DNA of 64,000 nucleotides from Candidatus Falkowbacteria bacterium GW2011_GWF2_43_32 (GTDB lineage Bacteria > Patescibacteriota > Patescibacteriia > Patescibacteriales > UBA12465): NCBI GenBank assembly GCA_000999715.1, contig LCGL01000001.1, positions 195,139-259,138 on the forward strand, read 5' to 3'. Numbering within the stretch: the stretch's first letter is position 1; each line of letters begins with the position of its first letter. The position numbers and the translations under genes are program-made. Shown in pieces: positions 1-9,600 of this stretch. A model generated the notes under the pieces. It was given only the letters and a program-made list of their open reading frames with translations. It was not told the DNA's origin and searched no databases.

Positions 1-2216
1 CTCGTGGCTTTATTTAGCTCGGCAATCTGACTACCAAGAGAAAAGCCCTCCTGTTGACTGAAACCGGCATAATTATCGGACTTTTTATCCGAAAATTGCC
101 TCATCAAATCCTTCAAACCGATATGATCGGTTCGACCGGCGAGTGGCTGCAAAAATTCATTATCATTTCCATCCTTGGTCATCTTCAAAGTGATAGCCTT
201 GACCATGGTCGTATCGTGACTCTTAATCGCATCTTTTAAAATTCGTCCTAATTCTGTCGGATCGGTAATATCATGAATCTTCGATGACTCTTGAGAAACT
301 AATTTTTGTTCCATCGCCCGAGCCTCAAAAGAATATTCGGGAATATTTCGTTCAATCTTTTTCTTCGCTTTAGCTGCGTTAACGTCAGCTTCTTTTTTGT
401 TGGCTAAAATTTCTTCCTTATCTTTATCGGAATACACTTTTCGTTCTTGGCTCTTATCTTGAACTTGCTTAATAAATTGCTGAACCGGCTTAAGTTCTTC
501 GCCACTTTTTCTAAGATCGCTGATTCGTCCTTCATTCTGTAATCGTTCCTTTTCTAAAGCTTCAATTTTTCCCGTATCTTGAACTCGCGGATCTTTTTTC
601 TTTTCTGCCTCCAATTCTTTATCTATAACATCTATTCTATTACGAGAACCCTTGATGTCCCCAGCAATTTTATCCCTTTTATTCTCTACTTCCTGAACCA
701 ATTTAGTTCTTTCATTAACCCCATTGGCGTCTTTCTTGTTTGGATCGGTATTCGCCCATTTTTCTTCAAATTCATATCTACTTTTATCCATCTTAGCCTG
801 CCTCTCCCCTTGAAGACCCTCGTCTTTTAATTTCTGCATTCTCTTACCACCTTTAACGCGTTTCACTATTCCTTTCCAGGTAGTCACTTGATCCCAGGCG
901 TCACCGGCATTACCGGTCATGGCCAAAGCTCCATGGACACGACCACCCTCTTCCATCGCTTTCCTGGCGGCAAGTACTCCTCGACCGTAACGTTTTTCTT
1001 GATTTTCTTTCCTCTTGGCTTGTACTACGCCCCAAGATCTTTTTAAATTTAAGTCTACACCGGTTTTTTCATGTAATTTATCGGCGCCCCAAGAAAACGG
1101 CTGTTTGGCGACGCTCTTAACCCCGGATAAAGCCATGCTCTTTCCCTTATTCAACGCTTCCATCCCCTTCCCGGCCAAAGAGCCGGCTTGACCGCCGATA
1201 TCCTGAGAAATTTTCAAGCCGCCGATCAACATGCCGATGGCAATAACAAATTTAATCAAAGCGCCGGGAGTGGAGGCTTGCGTTCCGGCCAAAGCCGCCG
1301 ACGAAGTGGCCGAAGAATCTAACTCCGCGCCCTGAATTATCGCTGCGGTTTCATCCGTAATGGTCGCTCCGCTAATGTCCGCCAATTGTGCGGTATTGAT
1401 GGAATTTCCGGTTTGCAAAGCGGCGAAAGACAACCAGATAAAAAAAGCCAGAACCGGGCCGACAATCAGATTTTTGGTAAATTCGCTCCACCATTGCGAA
1501 GCATATTTTTCTCCGCCCGGGAAAGCTGACAGCAAATAAGCGAGCGGCGACAAAACGACATAAATCCAAATCATCACCAAACGCATCACCAGAATCATCA
1601 TCATCGTCGTAATCACAATCAGAGCGACGATCATATAAATCAAACCCAAAACATAGGCGCCGACTATCGCCCAAAAACCGAGATCCGCACTACCTTTAGC
1701 CATGGTGACTATTCCGTCTATGCCCAAAATGTCGGTCATATTGGCGCCGCCGACGTCCTTGAACGCATTGACAAAAGTAATCATGACCACCTGCGCGACA
1801 TCAATCAACAGACCGCAAATCGTTTTGGAAAAATTAATCAAAATCGCCATCAGCACCAGTTTCGGCAACCACTTCTTATAACTATAATTTTCCAAATGCA
1901 GAATCGTGCCGAAAGCGATAATCATCAAAATGACGATAAAAAACATGTTGCAAATATCCCGCACTATCACCCAGCCCAACACGACGACCTGCGAATCAAT
2001 AAAATGCTGATAACCGGCGATTGAAATCAATACCTTGATTACCAAAATAAGAATCAAGCCCAAAGCGCTGATAAATATATTAATGATGCTGCCCACCATC
2101 TCCCCCGCCCAATCAGCGGCCGTCGCCGAGACACTCGGCCCAAACAAAAAAATCCCGGCCACCAATATCAGCGGCAAAGAAAAGGCTAATAATTTTTTGC
2201 TGTTTATCTTACGCAT
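1..2216 (-). CDS. Multi-pass membrane protein with a long K/E-rich coiled-coil tail, tentatively TrbL/VirB6-like; the 3' end runs off the left window edge
   Basis: Absent from the ORF track because it has no in-window stop. Hand translation of the minus strand starts at ATG 2216..2214, with GGAG about 8 nt upstream, and stays open to position 1. The product begins MRKINSKKLLAFSLPLILVAGIFLFGPSVSATAADW (signal-like). About six more hydrophobic helices follow, e.g. LGFWAIVGAYVLGLIYMIVALIVITTMMMILVMRLVMIWIYVVLSPLAYLL. More than 350 aa of charged sequence then follows (KDEGLQGERQAKMDKSRYEFEEKW...). The topology resembles TrbL/VirB6, but the family is unverified. Confidence 0.7.
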   Translation of the reverse strand, partial: MRKINSKKLLAFSLPLILVAGIFLFGPSVSATAADWAGEMVGSIINIFISALGLILILVIKVLISIAGYQHFIDSQVVVLGWVIVRDICNMFFIVILMIIAFGTILHLENYSYKKWLPKLVLMAILINFSKTICGLLIDVAQVVMITFVNAFKDVGGANMTDILGIDGIVTMAKGSADLGFWAIVGAYVLGLIYMIVALIVITTMMMILVMRLVMIWIYVVLSPLAYLLSAFPGGEKYASQWWSEFTKNLIVGPVLAFFIWLSFAALQTGNSINTAQLADISGATITDETAAIIQGAELDSSATSSAALAGTQASTPGALIKFVIAIGMLIGGLKISQDIGGQAGSLAGKGMEALNKGKSMALSGVKSVAKQPFSWGADKLHEKTGVDLNLKRSWGVVQAKRKENQEKRYGRGVLAARKAMEEGGRVHGALAMTGNAGDAWDQVTTWKGIVKRVKGGKRMQKLKDEGLQGERQAKMDKSRYEFEEKWANTDPNKKDANGVNERTKLVQEVENKRDKIAGDIKGSRNRIDVIDKELEAEKKKDPRVQDTGKIEALEKERLQNEGRISDLRKSGEELKPVQQFIKQVQDKSQERKVYSDKDKEEILANKKEADVNAAKAKKKIERNIPEYSFEARAMEQKLVSQESSKIHDITDPTELGRILKDAIKSHDTTMVKAITLKMTKDGNDNEFLQPLAGRTDHIGLKDLMRQFSDKKSDNYAGFSQQEGFSLGSQIAELNKAT

Positions 2217-2250
2217 GAGAATTCTCCGAATAGACGATAAAATATAAAAT

Positions 2251-2847
2251 CTATTTATTTCCCGTTATGATACCCCAGAAACTGGGCAAAAGATGCTTGA
2301 TGGCCTCCAAAGGATTGGCAATGACATTCAACATCATCGCCACCACGGAAAAAGCGGCAATCACAATGAACAAACATCCTAAATTACAGCAAGCCAAACC
2401 CATAGGCTCAACCGTACCGATTATTTTTCCCTGATTCTTGGCTTTTTCAACCTGTGCCGACACTATATTGTCATCCAACCATTCGGCTCCCAATTTACAA
2501 AAAAACTTATTACCGAAAACCGCTCCCAAAAAAACATGAACATCAATCCAAATCAAAGTCAATCCGAAACTGTCGACAAGATGCAACCAAGCTTGCCGCA
2601 AAAGTTTGCCGGTAGCACGGTTGGCCGACGTGCCCGCGGTCGCCGTTTTATTTTCCTCATTCAAAGCGGCTTTGGCCCTTTGTCTTTTGGCCGTCTGCGC
2701 CGCCTCCCGTAAAGTGCGCGGTTCGGCCGCTTGTGCGGTCTGATCGCGACGCGCTTGTTGACGCGCTTGATTCAAAGACTCCGCGCGCTCGGCCGACTTT
2801 TTTTGTTTCGTGTCCGGCAGTTTTAACAACTGTTCATCAAGACTCAT
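2251..2847 (-). CDS. Hypothetical membrane protein with a charged Q/R/A-rich N-terminus and hydrophobic C-terminal helices
   Basis: 198-aa ORF ending 35 nt upstream of the TrbL-like start on the same strand. C-terminal hydrophobic stretches include LTLIWIDVHVFLGAVF and LGCLFIVIAAFSVVAMMLNVI. No recognisable family. Confidence 0.6.
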   Translation of the reverse strand: MSLDEQLLKLPDTKQKKSAERAESLNQARQQARRDQTAQAAEPRTLREAAQTAKRQRAKAALNEENKTATAGTSANRATGKLLRQAWLHLVDSFGLTLIWIDVHVFLGAVFGNKFFCKLGAEWLDDNIVSAQVEKAKNQGKIIGTVEPMGLACCNLGCLFIVIAAFSVVAMMLNVIANPLEAIKHLLPSFWGIITGNK

Positions 2848-3035
2848 AACCGTTAAAATATTTGCGCTTTATTTTAAAATTATACCTTATTTAAAATAAT
2901 TTTAACAGTTTCTTACCGCGATAATTAAAGAATAAAAGAGCTCGGTCGACAATCTTATTTTACTATAAAATCACGATAAAAGCAAAATGGAAAAACAGTA
3001 AAATTGCCCATTTTTTGGCAAAAATACAATATACA

Positions 3036-3064
3036 TTGACAAATATACAGACTTATGATATAAT
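3036..3064 (+). promoter_or_regulatory. Perfect sigma70-type consensus promoter: TTGACA, 17-nt spacer, TATAAT
   Basis: TTGACA at 3036..3041, 17-nt spacer, TATAAT at 3059..3064. It lies 58 nt upstream of the ATG at 3122 in an AT-rich intergenic region. Confidence 0.55.
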
Positions 3065-3121
3065 ATTAACAGATAATTCGTTCTTTAATCTGTTCTTTTA
3101 AAAACTTAAACTATATAAACA

Positions 3122-3574
3122 ATGAAAAAAATTCTGATTCTGATGCTGATCGCTATGGCAGCCATAGTAACATCATGCGAAAAAGACCCCCCGGTTATCA
3201 TTGAGCCCGATCCTGACCCGACGGAGCAATATCCGGATAGCGCCATAATAATCATTCAATTTACGGTACCGCCTTTGGAGGGATATGAAGTTGTCGGAAG
3301 TGGCATGGCTTTAATAAATAATGCCATCACCGATATATTAGGGCCTATAAGCATTAGCAATGAATTTAACGGTTCGGATACTATGTCCACACTAGTAATT
3401 TCCAAAGACGAGATGGAAAATTTCTTTAATACTCCGGTTGACATAAATTTTGTTGTCGCGGCTCAAAATCGCTCTTCTTATCCCATACAACAACGCGTAA
3501 TCAATCATCGCTTCTACGATGAAAAAATTACCGATACGCTAACTGTTCATCACCTTGAACTGACCTGGGACTGA
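3122..3574 (+). CDS. Small lipoprotein, function unknown
   Basis: 150-aa ORF. N-terminus MKKILILMLIAMAAIVTSCEKD has a signal peptide plus lipobox-like VTSC. It is AT-richer than its neighbours and has its own consensus promoter and terminator. Confidence 0.7.
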   Translation: MKKILILMLIAMAAIVTSCEKDPPVIIEPDPDPTEQYPDSAIIIIQFTVPPLEGYEVVGSGMALINNAITDILGPISISNEFNGSDTMSTLVISKDEMENFFNTPVDINFVVAAQNRSSYPIQQRVINHRFYDEKITDTLTVHHLELTWD

Positions 3575-3612
3575 AATGACCACAACGTTAATTTTTCTTA
3601 AAATCAAAACAC

Positions 3613-3645
3613 AAAAAGCCATTATTTTACATAATGGCTCTTTTT
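3613..3645. terminator. Bidirectional intrinsic terminator between convergent genes
   Basis: 9-bp stem AGCCATTAT / ATAATGGCT (3617..3625 and 3631..3639) with a 5-nt loop. An A-run lies upstream and a T-run (3641..3645) downstream. Confidence 0.5.
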
Positions 3646-3694
3646 ATACCTGAGTAATTTTTAATAACAGATTGAATAATAAGAAATAACCGAA

Positions 3695-6600
3695 TTATGG
3701 GCAATCATCCAAATAACATCTCCATCTATCCCAATTGTCTACAATCTTAATTTTGATGATATAAGGTGCATCCCTTTTGATGTAGTAATGATAAAAAGCG
3801 TGCGGTGTGGCAATATCCGGACGATGATCTTCGCCGGTAACGGACTGAAGTCCGGAATTATCGCCCCAATCAATCACGATGTGATCCAGCGGCTGTTGTT
3901 CTTTATCTACCGTCGTGTTGAAAGACAGCACATAAACGCCGGAACTTTTTACCGTCGCGGAGCCATTGCTTAAAGGCAGACCGTTCATTTTAACATTAGC
4001 TATTTGTGGCAGGACACTGCAGAAGCTGTTGGGGTTAACCCGTGAATCGGTAGGAGAGCATAACGACGGATAAGCGTCACTGTCACTACCCCCAACCCAA
4101 GTAAAACTAAGATCGGAAGCGGAAGCAGAAGCGGACTGATAACCGGAGCTGGATAAATAACTATAATGAGAATATTGCTTATAGAATATATTCCTTAAAA
4201 CCTTTTCATTATCTGCTTTAGAATGAGCAATATCTGTCTGTAGCGGCGTCGTCCACAATCTCTGACATACACCATAGTCTCCGCAACTTTTATCGTTTAC
4301 TTCATAAACGGTCTGAGTCGTGTTCGGATCGTAAATACAGAAAACGTTGAGATTGCCGCTACACTGGCCGATATTGACACAGCCCGCTTCTCCGTAAGAA
4401 CAGCCATAAGGACGACCGGCCAAAATATCATTGGCCTCGGAATATTGGCTGCGCAAATTAATCGCCGCATGACCGACTAATTGCGTATCGCTCGGCAATA
4501 TGGCGGCGCCAAAAGGAACGTCTTCGCGATTGCGACCATATTTTAAAATGTTACCGTAATAGGAAAGGAAAAATTGGGGAGTATTATCAAGCGACGAACT
4601 CGGCCCCACCCGTTCCACCCAGGCTTTATTGTTCCCTGCGCTGTCCACCAATTGCGTAAAACGATTACACTGAATTTTAAATTGTTTGTCCTCATCATCG
4701 GTATCAAAAAATTTTAAAGCACCTTCGTGATTCATGCCGGTCTTAAAAACGGCAATAGGCGGATCATAATTGGTAGACTCATTAATATTATTTACCGTAT
4801 CATCAGGAGGATCATCGGCAAGATTTGTAACAACTAAACTTCCGCTATATGGCACCCAGGCATAGGCCAAAAACTCAATTTCATCAACACAGGCGGAGGA
4901 ATCGGCGATGTCCCCCATGTCAATCATATTAGATTGGTTAGCCAAAATAGTCGGACCGGCAATCCGGGTACTAGAATCTCCTTTCGGCACACAATAAAGC
5001 ACATAGCGTACTTTATTATTACTGCTCACTTCCCGGCTAGATATCAGCTTATAACTGCTGGTATCGACACAATAATCCTCAACAAGAGCATCCTTAAGAT
5101 AAACATATCTTTCATAATCATCGCTATCGCTGTCACTATGATCACAACCGAACGAAGCCCCCACCCTATTCTTCAAATCCCAACAAGCATTACCGGTGCA
5201 ATCATCCTTCTCATTATCAAGCCACTTCTTAACCGCCGTGGCCTGTACTTTTTTCACCAACTGAAAATCTCCGTCCGCTTCCGTACAATAATACAAAGGA
5301 AATTTACCGTTATACCCGAGCGTTTGACTGGAGCGGCCGGTAAAGCCGAGCTTGTCAACCGGATACCACATGGCGCAAACCTTGGGATTCAAAGGATCAT
5401 ATTGCAGACAATAACCGTACAAACCGTCTTCGACCACATTATTATTGAAAGACGTGCAAGTCAAACTGGTGGAATTCGGATAAAGACGACAATCTTTAGC
5501 CACATAATCAAAAGCCTCGTTGCCGGTATTCGCAATCTGCAGAACCGGCTCAATATTGATATCGTCAAAATAAACGGTCGTGTCAGAACTTAACACGATT
5601 TTGATATTGCGATGTGCACCGGTATTCAAGCGATGAACTTTACGCTCCCACCCGTTTCGGGCACTATCAATAAATTCGGCGATTACCGCCTCGCTATCAG
5701 CATCTTGAATAGTCACTGTCGCCGATAAAACAGTCCCCTTGGTATTTAACAAATAATTAAGGTAATAATAACTTCCCTCTTCAACCAGAAGAGATGAACC
5801 GACTGTCACTTGCGTTTTGGCCGGTACTCCGAGATAGCCTCGGCCGTGTGCCGGATAATCGGTCGGCGCCTCGACAGGCTCCAAAACAAATAGACCATTG
5901 GGCGCACTACCATCGTTAGTTTCAAAATCAAAATGCGCCTCGGTGTCCAAGCCGACTTCTTTCATGTTGCCCAAATAATAGCGATCCAGTAAAGCGTAGC
6001 CGGCAGAATTCTTGTCGGTATTGACGTCAAACTGATGTGTCAAAGCCGTTTCCGAAGGGTCAACGAAATGCTGACATTCATTCTTATCGTCCAAACGATC
6101 GCACTCGCCGAGCGCGTAGCAAACTTTCTGACCGGCGGCATCCAAGCCGTAAGTGACGCAATCCAACCAAGAAGCACAGACCCTATCCGGCCGAACTTTA
6201 ATCAACTGATTGGCCGTACACGAACCGGCGACTGTCGAATCGCAAACTTCGGGAGACGCGCCGTCTGCCGTGGCATAGGCGTCCCAACCGGTACTTAAAT
6301 CGGCCAATCCGGCGGCGCCGTTGATAACGCGCTCGTTAAACAAAACGCAACCGTTATCCAACTTCACCGTCCCGTTACAATCGGTTTTATTGACGCTCTC
6401 TTGATGTTGATAATCAATAATCAATTCTTTGACGGTAATGGTTATTCCCGTTTTTCCGCCCGATAAGCGCGCCAAGGAATTATTCAAAGAATTAAAAATA
6501 ATCGGTTGGCCAAGGCCATCAGATATTTCCAAATTAAGCGTCGCCGTCCCTAAAGTATTATCGGCTAACAAAGGACGAACCGTTTTCGAGAAATCCAATT

Positions 6601-9600
6601 CCACCATACCGCTGATGGCACTATCGGTATTGGAGCTGACACTGAGGCTATATAGCTTGTTTTGTTTTAACGCAATCACTTGTTGCGTCTCGTTCAAAGA
6701 AGTTTTATTCCAGCTATTGCCGCTAGTATTGCCCCAACCCTCGGCCACTTCATTCGTCAATTGATAACTCGGATTGGCGACACTATTAACGGAAAACTGG
6801 CTGACCGGATCAATATATTCACTGCAACCGGCCGCGGCCGGTTCGCATAAACCGACAGCTTGATCGGGAGTCGGAATTTGATTGCCGCTTCCTCCCCAGC
6901 CGATAGTTTTGAAATAAGAAACCGAGCAAGGATAATCATTGTTATCTATCACGCAGGCCTTGTCGCCGCAATCGGTGTTGCCGGCACAAATCGCCGTACC
7001 GCTCTCCGCTCCGTTAATCGTTCCGTCGCCGTTAGAATCGCAACGCTTGACCGGAACTTTATACCAAGCTTTGCCGGAAATATTCGGATCTCGACTGGTA
7101 CGATATAGACAGGCGTCAAAACCCGGATTTTTGAAATAAGAACTGTCGCCCCGGGCATCTCGCCATTCTTCACAGCCGACATCCTCCGGACCGCAAAGAA
7201 TTTGTTCATACTGATTCGGATTGTTTCTCTTGAACACGTCGGACCAAGCCGTAATTTGCGAACTTACTTGACCTTCGCCCAAACGACTGCAACCCAAATC
7301 GGCGGCATGACATTGACGCGAAGGATCATAAACGGCATACACGGCGCTGTCGGCCGCCACGGCCACGCAATTCTGATCATCGGTATCGCAAGATTCTACG
7401 GCGACGCCATTCAGCCAATAAGCTTCATCGGGTGACGTATAATTTTTCGTTTCAATCATCTGTTCGCAACCGACGGCCGAATCCGAACACAGTTGCGTAA
7501 ATTTACGCAGGTTATGCTTTAAACCGCCGCGATCGGTATACTGAGAACAACCGAGATTATATTCCGATCCTTGATAATCGTCAAAAATGTCATAATAGCA
7601 AGTATCCGGAACTTGACTGGATTCTTCAAGCAAATAATAACGATCGGTGATTTCCGACAAAATCAAATTATCAAGATAAAATTCGTCACTGCCGGAAACG
7701 GCCAGAATTTCATTTTCGCCGACAGCATGATCCAGCGCCGCTAAATTAACCTGATAAACATTCCATTCGTTGCCGGCTTTCAAAACGAGTGGCGTGGCGG
7801 TAAAAGAAGCGACGGCGTCCGTGGCCGGATTCAAGAAATAAATTTGAACACTCGTCTGGTTGGCGGCCCGAGCCAAGAACTTCAGACTATAAGCGGCTTT
7901 TTCTCTGACCAAACCGCTTACTTTAATTTGCGCCACCACCTTTTCATTGGCCAAAATTTGTTTAATCAAAGGCGTCTTGACCAGATTCCCTCCCGGATCA
8001 ACACCGCAACTGGAGATGTCGGTGTATTGCAAAGAATGTCCGTCTTTACTATTAGCAATCGTACTTAAGGCAACGCCGCCGACACAATTAGAATGCCAAG
8101 AGCCCAAACCGTTTTCAAAATCATAAGAAGCGATTAAACGAACATTACTGCCGTTATTGCCGTTATATTCGCGACAGCCGTTTTCACTGGCGCGGCAAGT
8201 CTGGCCCTCTCCCGGAATGGCCAAATAAGTACAAGCTTTATTGACATTATCCCAGACACCGCCGTTCAAGCAGACATAACAATCGCCCGTGGCCGCATCC
8301 CAATAACGGTCATTGCGACCGGCCATGGCGCATTTTCTGGAAGTATTCAAACTGCTGTCAATATTTTTCTCGCTCAGGCGATAAGGGTGGCAATCTTCGG
8401 AACAAGTTATCACCCGTGACAATAAATGATAGGCGATTGCTCCGGAAACGTTATAAAACTCGCGGCAATCCGGATTGAAGTCCGGATGATTTACCGGCAA
8501 ATTATAAATGGTCGCATTGCATAAACTGCTGTCGTCGGCGGTCACTGCCGGTAAACCGGCGGCCGTTTTCTTCAAACTATAAGCTTTCAATTGATAACCG
8601 TCGCCGCGTCCCTCCCAAGAATAGAAAGACGCGCAAGCGGTTACGCTCGGTTTAATGCATTGCTTGAGCGAAGTGTAATATTCTTTTTGTTCCCCACCCT
8701 GCGTCAAAGCGTCCAAATTGGTAAATTCATTGCAACCGGCCGCTTCCGCTTTACAAACCGTCGCCGTTTCCGGAATCAAATTTTCAACGCGCGGCGAATT
8801 GAAATAACTTTCTTTGGTGACATAAACATCGTAATTCAAACATTCTCCCCGACAATAATCGCTGTCCAAGGCTTTGGCCGGCACAGAAAAAATATCATTG
8901 ACCGAACTGAACAATTCACAACCGACTTCATCTTTATTGCAACGGCGGGCATAATCATCACAAACCGCCGGCGCATCATTTTTCAAACGATAATCTTTGC
9001 TGGCGCCGGTCGCATTCACATAACAAATTTCTTCCAAATACGCCGGCAATAATTTTTCATAAACTTGAGCGGGGGCGTCATTGGAATAATATCCGTAAGA
9101 ATTATAATCGGTATCCCAGCCGCCCACTTCAAATTTAAGATTTTTAATATAAAAAACCACTTGACCGGAACCCGCTCCGCTGATAGTGAAGTTCGGTTCG
9201 CTATAAGCCAAATCGGACGGACGAGTGATGGTCAAATGTTGCCAAGAATTTTTGACGGTTGTCGGGGCGATAAAGCCGTCCCCTTCCGGACCGGCAAACA
9301 AGCGGACAATATCGGCGTTGGCCAAATAAACATCCACGCTTACCGTATAAGCTTGACCGAAAATCGTTTGAAAATTATCGGGCAAAAGAGAGTGAGCGGC
9401 ATTGGACACAATATTGGCCGTTGAAGATCTTCCCGACTTGGCCTGAGAAACAACCTTCATGGCCTTGCCGCTCAATCCGCCCGGCGATTTGGCGGCATCA
9501 ACGACGGTCAATGTCGGCACGGCACTGCCGGAAACATACCAGTCGTGCAACAGGCCGCCGGAGGAAGCATCGTTAATTTCTTCATTGGCAAAATCGGCGT

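Noticed and set aside
1372-1674. A 100-aa minus-strand ORF and the plus-strand ORFs 54..239, 579..830 and 2035..2247 in the first 2.2 kb.
   Set aside because: They are out of frame with, or antisense to, the long edge-truncated TrbL-like reading frame, which has far better protein-like character.
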